64,000 bases of DNA from Methanobacterium sp. (lineage in GTDB: Archaea > Methanobacteriota > Methanobacteria > Methanobacteriales > Methanobacteriaceae): NCBI GenBank assembly GCA_018263005.1, contig JADFDH010000006.1, positions 6,384-70,383 of the forward strand, in the 5' to 3' direction. Every line of letters starts with the position of its first letter. Position 1 is the stretch's first letter. Of the stretch, positions 1 to 7,471 are shown piece by piece. The notes under the pieces were generated by a model. It worked only from the letters and a program-made list of their open reading frames with translations. It made no database searches and had not been told where the DNA came from. The translations under genes were made by a program, and so were the position numbers.

Positions 1-82
1 TCAGCTCAATAAATTAAAAAACTAGAATCTAATAAGGTATTGCCAAATAAAAAGTGAGAATTTAGAGGAGTTATTTTTTTTT

Positions 83-646
83 ATGACTAATGATTGTCCT
101 AATTGTGGAAAAGAAAATCCTGATATCGATGAATTTTGTAAGGAATGTGGAACGAAGCTATCACCAAAATCTGAGGAAACCAGTATTTTTAAAGTTATTG
201 GTATAGTTTTGTTACTAGTTCCTTTTTATTTACACATCATACTATTCCTGGGTATTTTCTATCCAGCAATAAAAAACTTTCCTATTGCTTTAATGATTGC
301 TATACTAGTGTCTGGTTTTATCTGCGTAATCTTCTATTATCCTATTTTTAGTTTATATAATATTATAACTTTCATAATAACACTTAATAATTATACTAAA
401 GGAAAAATTGATGAGAAAAAAGTAAATGCAAAATTATTAAAATCCGGCCATCCTGTTTATCTTATTAAAAAGCTTATTGATGCTTCCAATGATGAAAAAA
501 TAGATAAAGAAAAAAAGATCTTTTTAAAAAGTATTATAACGGAAATTGAAAGCCAAGAAAAAAAATTTTATACATCTGAAAGCGTTTACAAGGTTAAATT
601 AATTGATGCCACCAATAAGCAAGGTAGTTATAAAGATTTGAGTTAG
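83..646 (+). CDS. zinc-ribbon membrane protein, function unknown (possibly truncated, see findings)
   Basis: N-terminal CPNCG-x12-CKECG zinc ribbon. It is followed by hydrophobic helices (VIGIVLLLVPFYLHIILFLGIF; IALMIAILVSGFICVIFYY) and a K/E-rich tail. GAGGAG lies upstream of the ATG. Confidence 0.5.
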   Translation: MTNDCPNCGKENPDIDEFCKECGTKLSPKSEETSIFKVIGIVLLLVPFYLHIILFLGIFYPAIKNFPIALMIAILVSGFICVIFYYPIFSLYNIITFIITLNNYTKGKIDEKKVNAKLLKSGHPVYLIKKLIDASNDEKIDKEKKIFLKSIITEIESQEKKFYTSESVYKVKLIDATNKQGSYKDLS

Positions 647-814
647 AAGAAAACTCTAAAAAGTATTCTAAAGGTTTATTTGTTACAGCTGGTTTTTTTG
701 CATTTATCACCATATTTACTTACATTTTAGGGCCAGTTATGTATAATTTATTACCCTATGAATTATTAATTTTCTTCATATTTTTATTGCTTGGAATATT
801 TGTGAGAACTAGGG

Positions 815-1027
815 CAAAACAATAATCAAACCTACTGAAAACATCCTACCTAACAGTGGCAAACATTAGAGAAACTTCATACTAGCCAACTGAAGAGCAC
901 CCAACTGGGCACTAACCAGCTAGGCAAAAAATACCTTAGCCAAACTAGTCCGACATGTACAGTTAAGTCATGAACATCTACAGAAACATCATACCAGCAA
1001 GACTATCCTACTACGTCAATATCTAAA
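815..1027 (+). pseudogene. decayed 3' end of a fourth adhesin-like paralog (pseudomurein-binding-repeat module)
   Basis: By-eye alignment of 841-1027 to 3809-3994 (and the same region of the other two paralogs) gives roughly 75-80% identity. It ends in the same ATCTAAAAAA stop context and is followed by the same T-rich block. The frame is broken, for example by TAG at 883-885. Confidence 0.75.
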
Positions 1028-1058
1028 AAACCAGGCTAAAAAGAAGGAATTATTAAAA

Positions 1059-1084
1059 TTTTTCCCTTATTTTTTTTATTTTTT
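1059..1084 (+). terminator. oligo-T archaeal terminator block retained behind the decayed paralog
   Basis: TTTTTCCCTTATTTTTTTTATTTTTT. The same architecture follows each intact paralog. Confidence 0.4.
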
Positions 1085-1163
1085 AAATTGTAAACAGATT
1101 TTTATCACTTAATTGGATTTTAAGAAATATCCATCGGTATTCAATTACCCATATAATATCATC

Positions 1164-1324
1164 AAATTTAAGTAGTTGCTATACTAAAATAATATTTACC
1201 TAAAACTTTTTTAGGACTTAATGGGGTTGAACAACATTGAACAAAACATTACTCAACGGATACTTTTTTTATGGAAATAGTCTTTCAATTTATAACAATA
1301 ACTCGCTAGAACAACCCCTAAAAG
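1164..1324 (+). promoter_or_regulatory. conserved upstream module of adhesin-like gene 1 (TATA-like boxes, inverted-repeat arms, internal T7 tract)
   Basis: AAATTTAAGTAG at 1164-1175. Left arm CTTTTTTAGGACTTAATGGGGTTG at 1206-1229. T7 tract at 1264-1270. CAATTTATA at 1286-1294. Right arm CAACCCCTAAAAG at 1312-1324, complementary to the left arm. The same ordered blocks precede genes 2 and 3. Confidence 0.5.
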
Positions 1325-1360
1325 AAGAATTATATTAAAAAATTAAAAGGAGGAAAAAAT

Positions 1361-3994
1361 TTGAACAAGAAACTTATCGCAATAGCCTTTACCTTAGTAA
1401 TGGCAATAATGCTCAGCGGTGCTGTTTCAGCAACAGAAGATTCTTCTTCTGAGGAACTTCTAACCACCACCTCAACGAATACTGTATTACCTGATCCGTT
1501 TGTTGTGGAAACCGGTATCAGCTACACAACCATACAGGCAGCTATCGACAGTGTTTTCACCCAGGATGGTATGACCATCCAGGTAGAGCCAGGAGTCTAC
1601 AATGAAGACGTTCTGGTATGGAAAGACCTGACCATATTGTCCAATACTCAATTTGGAGCGTCGGTTAACTCTTTCTATATAACCAGCACAGGCAGTGGTT
1701 CCACCATTGACGGATTTTACATCAACGGCGGAACTGGAGAAGCCATAACCCTAATGGAAGCAACCGATTGTACCATCAACAATAACTGGATCAGCGGAGC
1801 ATACAGCGCAGGTGTGGCCCTAGTAGACTCAAATGGTAACGACATCACTAATAACAGATTAGATAATACCCTATCAGCCTTATACTACGGAATCTACCTA
1901 GACAACAGTGACAACAACTGGATCTATCAAAATAGTATAGGAAATTCCCGATTTGATGCTATGTGGCTATACCAATCCGATCTGAACGATTTAGATAGTA
2001 ATTATATCTTCTCCAGCGGTGGAAACGGAATATATCTGGAAGAAAGCGATGATAATTACGTCGAACAAAACCAGATATTATGGAACAGCTTCGACGCTAT
2101 AGTGGTTGACGGATCATGGAACACTTACCTCTACCTTAACCAGATCTGGGAAAACGGTGAAGATGGAATTACTGTTTGGGATTCTGATGATACACTCATA
2201 GAAGAAAACACAATCTTCAGTAACGGTGATGATGGTGTAGATGTTTTCTCATCAGATGATGTAACCCTCATCATCAATCAAATCTACTCGAACTCCTGGT
2301 TTGGAGTGTATGTGGAGAATTCCCTGGGCACAGCTATAGAAAGTAACAGCATATATGGAAACATCTTCGACGGAGTTAATATATTCCAATGCAGTGAATT
2401 CGAAATAGGCCCATATAATCTCATCTTCTCAAATGGAGACAACGGAATATACGTGAATGACTCCCTTATGTTCGCCATAGACTTAAATGACATCTACCTG
2501 AACACAGGTAACGGTGTAGAAATCGATAATTCCGCAGAATTCGATGTACTCTACAATGACATCTACCAGAACGGCGGAGATGGAGTTGACATCGACGACT
2601 CCGCACTATTCGAAATCAACGACAACTGGATACATAACAATGTTGATGATGGAATAGACTTGGATACCTGTTCTGAAGCACTGATAGATCCTAACCTGAT
2701 CTATGATAACACCGAATCTGGAATAGAGATGAACGACTGCGAATATATTGACATCTACGATAACGAAATCTACAGCAACGGCCAGTGCGGAATAGAAATG
2801 GACAACAGTACAGAAATCAACATAGAGGGCAACCTGATCTACGACAACGAAGACCATGGTGTATTGGTCACCAACAGTTCCTTTGTGAATATCGAAGATA
2901 ACTGGATTGATAACAACGGATGGACCTATATCGGTGACGGTGTACATATTGAGACTTCTTCTTACATAGACGTGCAAAATAACACCATCAGCAACAACGA
3001 TGATGATGGTGTGAGCATAAACTCAAATATGATATCCGTATTCCAAAACGACATCTTCGGAAACTCTTGGGGCGTATGGCTCTGGGGCGATGCCGATGAT
3101 GTATTGGTTAACTTCAACCGCATCGTAGATAACACAACCTATGACCTGGGATACACCGCTACTGGTGATGTGGACGCTACCTTGAACTGGTATGGATACA
3201 ACGACGCTATCAGTGTAGCCGCTAGGATAGATGACACCGGAACTGGTACTTTAACCTGGGACCCCTGGATTGTATTATCCATCAGCGCTGCTCCTGGAAC
3301 TGTAAGTATTGGTGGAACCTCTACCATAACCGCAGATCTATTACACGACAGCGACGGATTCTACCACAACCCATTTGTGGGACTAGTACCATATACTGGA
3401 TCTGCTAATTTCGTAGCCACTACCTTCGGAACCATAACCAACGCCACTAACTTCAGTAACGGTGTAGCCACCGCTACATTGACCAACCTGAATGTTGCTG
3501 GTAATGCTGTGGTTGATTCAACCGTAGACCATCAGACCGTATCCACAACCGTAGTAGTGGTACCTGGAGCTACCATTCCAGAGATAATTGCAGCTGCAGG
3601 ACAGGTTAAAGCATTCTACGAAGCTAACGGCTTCCTACCAGCCAACATACTGGTCGGAGCGCAGAACCTGACCATGCCCCAGTTCCTGTACTTACTAGTG
3701 ACTGCCACTCAGAACGTGAACGTAGGCAACCTTAACCCCATAACAGTCATACCAGTTAACCCAGCACCCGCACCCGGCGGAAGCTACACCCACGGAAACC
3801 TCTTAAAAGCATCCTACCTAACCGTAGCCGGTAACATCAGAAACTTCATCTTAGCCAACGGACGAGCACCCAACTACGCACAAACCAGCCTCGGTAAAGT
3901 ACCATTCGCTAAACTAGTGTACATGTACAGCAAAGTGATGAACTTCTACGGAAACATCATACCCAACAGACTACCCAACTACGTATACATCTAA
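1361..3994 (+). CDS. adhesin-like surface protein: signal peptide, right-handed beta-helix (PbH1/NosD-like) repeats, Ig-like domain, C-terminal pseudomurein-binding repeats
   Basis: TTG start 7 nt after AAGGAGG. Signal peptide MNKKLIAIAFTLVMAIMLSGAVSA. More than 20 tandem units of about 22 aa with N-x-I..N/G-x-DGI periodicity. LNWYGYN cap motif. Ig-like segment LSISAAPGTVSIGGTSTITADL. C-terminal ...NGFLPANI... and ...NGRAPNYAQT... repeats of the Methanobacteriales cell-wall-binding type. Confidence 0.85.
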   Translation: MNKKLIAIAFTLVMAIMLSGAVSATEDSSSEELLTTTSTNTVLPDPFVVETGISYTTIQAAIDSVFTQDGMTIQVEPGVYNEDVLVWKDLTILSNTQFGASVNSFYITSTGSGSTIDGFYINGGTGEAITLMEATDCTINNNWISGAYSAGVALVDSNGNDITNNRLDNTLSALYYGIYLDNSDNNWIYQNSIGNSRFDAMWLYQSDLNDLDSNYIFSSGGNGIYLEESDDNYVEQNQILWNSFDAIVVDGSWNTYLYLNQIWENGEDGITVWDSDDTLIEENTIFSNGDDGVDVFSSDDVTLIINQIYSNSWFGVYVENSLGTAIESNSIYGNIFDGVNIFQCSEFEIGPYNLIFSNGDNGIYVNDSLMFAIDLNDIYLNTGNGVEIDNSAEFDVLYNDIYQNGGDGVDIDDSALFEINDNWIHNNVDDGIDLDTCSEALIDPNLIYDNTESGIEMNDCEYIDIYDNEIYSNGQCGIEMDNSTEINIEGNLIYDNEDHGVLVTNSSFVNIEDNWIDNNGWTYIGDGVHIETSSYIDVQNNTISNNDDDGVSINSNMISVFQNDIFGNSWGVWLWGDADDVLVNFNRIVDNTTYDLGYTATGDVDATLNWYGYNDAISVAARIDDTGTGTLTWDPWIVLSISAAPGTVSIGGTSTITADLLHDSDGFYHNPFVGLVPYTGSANFVATTFGTITNATNFSNGVATATLTNLNVAGNAVVDSTVDHQTVSTTVVVVPGATIPEIIAAAGQVKAFYEANGFLPANILVGAQNLTMPQFLYLLVTATQNVNVGNLNPITVIPVNPAPAPGGSYTHGNLLKASYLTVAGNIRNFILANGRAPNYAQTSLGKVPFAKLVYMYSKVMNFYGNIIPNRLPNYVYI

Positions 3995-4037
3995 AAAAAG
4001 GCTTAAAAAAGGTGGAATAATCCCAATTCCCCATCCC

Positions 4038-4057
4038 TTTTTATTTTTATTTTTTTA
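4038..4057 (+). terminator. oligo-T terminator after adhesin-like gene 1
   Basis: CCCTTTTTATTTTTATTTTTTT lies about 40 nt after the stop codon. Archaeal termination at T tracts is established. Confidence 0.45.
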
Positions 4058-4150
4058 ATTAGTTACCTATTGAATAAATTCCATTAATTTTCATTCTATA
4101 AGATGTTGTGAAATTCTATTTCTGTATATGTTTTGAAATTTTATTTCGGC

Positions 4151-4327
4151 AAATATAAGTAATTGTGATATTATAATACTTTTGCCTAATTTTTATTAGG
4201 AATAATGGGGTGGAAACAATGACCAAAAAACATCACTATTACAGTTGCTACTTTTTTTATGAATTGGACTTTTCTATCAATTTTTTCACAATACTTTTCC
4301 GAGTTTAAACAACACCCCCACCCTAAG
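4151..4327 (+). promoter_or_regulatory. conserved upstream module of adhesin-like gene 2
   Basis: AAATATAAGTAA at 4151-4162. Left arm TTATTAGGAATAATGGGGTGG at 4193-4213. ACAGTTGCTACTTTTTTTATGAA at 4241-4263. CAATTTTTT at 4278-4286. Right arm CCACCCTAAG at 4318-4327. Confidence 0.5.
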
Positions 4328-4366
4328 AATATTTATTAGTAAAAAAACTAAAAAGGAGGAAATAAA

Positions 4367-7108
4367 TTGAACAAGAAGCTTATAGCATTAGCTTTTGCTA
4401 TGGTAATGGCAGTTTTGCTCTCGGGTTCTACTTTTGCAGCTGATGACATTTCAGTCTCTGACGAGTTACAGACCACATCGTCTAACTCTGCAGTGCCTGA
4501 CCCATTTGTTGTGGAAACCGGTATCAGTTATACCACTATCCAGGCAGCTATTGACAGCGTGTTCACCGAGGATGGGATGACTATCCTGGTTGAGTCTGGT
4601 ACCTATAACGAAGATGTTTTCGTGTGGAAAGAGTTGACCATCACCGGTCAAAGTGCAGTGACCACTTTTGTGGACTCATTCTATGTAGTCAGTGATAACT
4701 GTGATATATCCGGATTCACATTGAACAATGGAAACGGAGAAGCTATAACCCTGATGGACACCGCCGGATGTTATATACATGATAATATCATCACCGGTCC
4801 ATACAGTGCTGGTGTTGCGGTGGTAGGAAGTGATACAGATATCTCATATGAAAATGAAGTATCAAATAATATCATAACCGGATGTTATTATGGTGTCTAC
4901 CTGGAAAATACTGCAGATAATCTTATATATTCCAATGACATAATAGGAAGCTTATGGAGTGGTATATGGGTTAATCAGAGTATGGGTAACGTCATAGATG
5001 AAAACCTATTAACATTATCATTATACGATGGAGTATGGGTACTGGATTCAGCGGACACTGTGATCTCAGAAAACACCATCATCGCCAACGGAGAAGCCGG
5101 AGTATGGGTAGAGAATTCCCTTGGAACTATCATCAGTAGGAATACCATAAGCGCCAGCATAGAGGCTGGAGTATATGTTGAGAATTCACTGGGAACCCTC
5201 ATCAATGAGAACACCATCAGCGCGAACTTATTAGACGGAATTTCAATTATAAGTTCTGACGAGACAGCCATTGAAGATAACACCATCACCGCCAACCTAT
5301 TAGAAGGTATACACGTCCAAAATTCCGATCTGGTGCACATAATGGGTAACGATATCCAAACAAGCCTATTAGGCGGAATCAGAATGGAAGACAGTGACTT
5401 CGCCACAATTGCCGGTAACCTGATTCATGCCAACCTCATCGACGGTATAATGGTCTTTAACTGCGCTGATTTCGACATAACCAACAACGACATCTACCTG
5501 AACGGTGCTGACGGAATTCTGGTAGTTAATTCAGCTGAATTTAATATAACTGGCAATGATATCTATCTGAACATTGAAGATGGAGTAACCGTTGTTAACT
5601 GTGAACTCTTCAGCATAACTGGAAACAACATCTACATAAGTATCAACGGTGTGGAAGCATGGAATTCAGCAGACTTCACCATAGAAAATAATGATATATA
5701 CCAACACTTAGGAACCGGAGTATACATCAATGATTCAACCGGATTTGACGTCATTGAAAACAACATCCATAACAACGTATTAAGCGGTGTTGATGTGGTG
5801 AACGAATCTTCCTATGGTTTAATCGGTGAAAATGAAATTCATCATAACCTGATGTTTGGAATATATGTCCATTTCTCAGAGTATATGGTTATAACCGAGA
5901 ACTGGATATACAACAATGGTGGTGATGGAGTAGAACTCAGCACAACCTACGATGTTGAAATAGTTGATAACTTAATTGAAAACAACCTACTGGCCGGTAT
6001 TTACGTCCATAACAGCACAGCTATTTTAGCAGATTACAATTTAATACGAAACAACCTGATAGATGGTATACACTCCAGCAACAATGCCGATGTACAAATT
6101 ACAGATAATGTAATACATGGACACGTGTTAGATGGTATTGACCTCATTAACACTGACCAGGTAGTTATCTTCCAGAATGACATCTACGATAATGATTGGG
6201 GTATTTATGTTGACGCTAATTGCAGTGATGTGGCCATAAACTTCAACAGAATTGTGGACAATACCTTCTGGGGATTAGAAAAAGCCGGCAGCACACCTAT
6301 AGACGCCACCCTTAACTGGTGGGGTTACAATGACGCTGCTGATGTGGATGATCAGATTAGCGGAATAGCCATAATATACGACCCTTGGATTGTATTATCC
6401 ATCAGCGCTGCCCCAGCTAACGTCAGCATCGGTGGTACTTCTACCATAACTGCTGACCTGTTACACGACAGCGACGGATTATATCACAACCCAATAAATG
6501 GTGTGATACCATACACGGGACTGGCTAACTTCACCACTGACCTAGGAACCATTGTAGATGCTAACTTCGTAAATGGAGTGGCAACCTCAACCCTGACTGG
6601 TTTAAACACCGCCGGCACTGCTACTGTATCATCAACAGTGGACCATCAGACCGTATCCACAACCGTAGTTGTGGTACCCGGAGCAACTATCGCTCAGATA
6701 ATCACCGCAGCCGGTGTGGTTAAGGCCTTCTATGAAGCCAATGGCGTACTACCTGCCATTGTACTGGTAGGTGCGCAGAACCTGACCATGCCCCAGTTCC
6801 TGTATCTCTTAGTCACCGCAACTCAGAACGTGAACGTAGGCAACCTTAACCCCATAACAGTCATACCAGTTAACCCAGCACCCGCACCCGGCGGAAGCTA
6901 CACCCACGGAAACCTCTTAAAAGCATCCTACCTAACCGTAGCCGGTAACATCAGAAACTTCATCTTAGCCAACGGACGAGCACCTAACTACGCACAAACC
7001 AGCCTCGGTAAAATACCATTCAGCAAACTAGTGTACATGTACAGCAAAGTGATGAACTTCTACGGAAACATCATACCCAACAGACTACCCAACTACGTAT
7101 ACATCTAA
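4367..7108 (+). CDS. adhesin-like surface protein paralog 2 (beta-helix repeats, Ig-like domain, pseudomurein-binding repeats)
   Basis: TTG start after AAGGAGG. Signal peptide MNKKLIALAFAMVMAVLLSGSTFA. Divergent beta-helix core. The last ~155 aa are near-identical to paralog 3 and the last ~130 aa to paralog 1. Confidence 0.85.
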   Translation: MNKKLIALAFAMVMAVLLSGSTFAADDISVSDELQTTSSNSAVPDPFVVETGISYTTIQAAIDSVFTEDGMTILVESGTYNEDVFVWKELTITGQSAVTTFVDSFYVVSDNCDISGFTLNNGNGEAITLMDTAGCYIHDNIITGPYSAGVAVVGSDTDISYENEVSNNIITGCYYGVYLENTADNLIYSNDIIGSLWSGIWVNQSMGNVIDENLLTLSLYDGVWVLDSADTVISENTIIANGEAGVWVENSLGTIISRNTISASIEAGVYVENSLGTLINENTISANLLDGISIISSDETAIEDNTITANLLEGIHVQNSDLVHIMGNDIQTSLLGGIRMEDSDFATIAGNLIHANLIDGIMVFNCADFDITNNDIYLNGADGILVVNSAEFNITGNDIYLNIEDGVTVVNCELFSITGNNIYISINGVEAWNSADFTIENNDIYQHLGTGVYINDSTGFDVIENNIHNNVLSGVDVVNESSYGLIGENEIHHNLMFGIYVHFSEYMVITENWIYNNGGDGVELSTTYDVEIVDNLIENNLLAGIYVHNSTAILADYNLIRNNLIDGIHSSNNADVQITDNVIHGHVLDGIDLINTDQVVIFQNDIYDNDWGIYVDANCSDVAINFNRIVDNTFWGLEKAGSTPIDATLNWWGYNDAADVDDQISGIAIIYDPWIVLSISAAPANVSIGGTSTITADLLHDSDGLYHNPINGVIPYTGLANFTTDLGTIVDANFVNGVATSTLTGLNTAGTATVSSTVDHQTVSTTVVVVPGATIAQIITAAGVVKAFYEANGVLPAIVLVGAQNLTMPQFLYLLVTATQNVNVGNLNPITVIPVNPAPAPGGSYTHGNLLKASYLTVAGNIRNFILANGRAPNYAQTSLGKIPFSKLVYMYSKVMNFYGNIIPNRLPNYVYI

Positions 7109-7140
7109 AAAAAAACCAAGTTTAAAGGTGAAAAAACCAA

Positions 7141-7169
7141 TTTTTCCCCTTTTTTTTATTTTATTTTTT
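7141..7169 (+). terminator. oligo-T terminator after adhesin-like gene 2
   Basis: TTTTTCCCCTTTTTTTTATTTTATTTTTT. Confidence 0.45.
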
Positions 7170-7260
7170 AAAAGAACATCAGATTCTTAGCTGGGTTCTA
7201 ATTTTTTACTCATTTACAACCCCTCATTTAATTGGGCATTTTTACCATTTTAATTTCAGC

Positions 7261-7434
7261 AAATTTAAGTAGTTCTGAAACTAAAAAAGTATATGCTTAT
7301 AAATTTTTTAGGACTTAATGGGGTGAATAATCATTTGTTCAAAACATGACTATACAGTTGCTACTTTTTTTTATGAACTGCACTATCTCCATCAATTTAT
7401 CTTAATGTTCAAAAAATATACCCCCCCTAAAAAG
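7261..7434 (+). promoter_or_regulatory. conserved upstream module of adhesin-like gene 3
   Basis: AAATTTAAGTAG at 7261-7272. Left arm TTTTTTAGGACTTAATGGGGTG at 7304-7325. ACAGTTGCTAC-T8-ATGAA at 7354-7376. CAATTTATC at 7393-7401. Right arm TACCCCCCCTAAAAAG at 7419-7434. Confidence 0.5.
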
Positions 7435-7471
7435 ATTTAAAATAAAAAAAAATTGAAAAGGAGGAAAAAAA

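Noticed and set aside
2284-5406. Antisense ORFs inside the adhesin-like genes (2284-2493, 2606-2977, 3139-3327, 4466-4651, 4975-5406; also 9130-9498).
   Set aside because: They lie entirely within long, well-supported sense ORFs. They have low-complexity or odd composition and no SD, and they are expected shadow frames of repeat-rich coding sequence.
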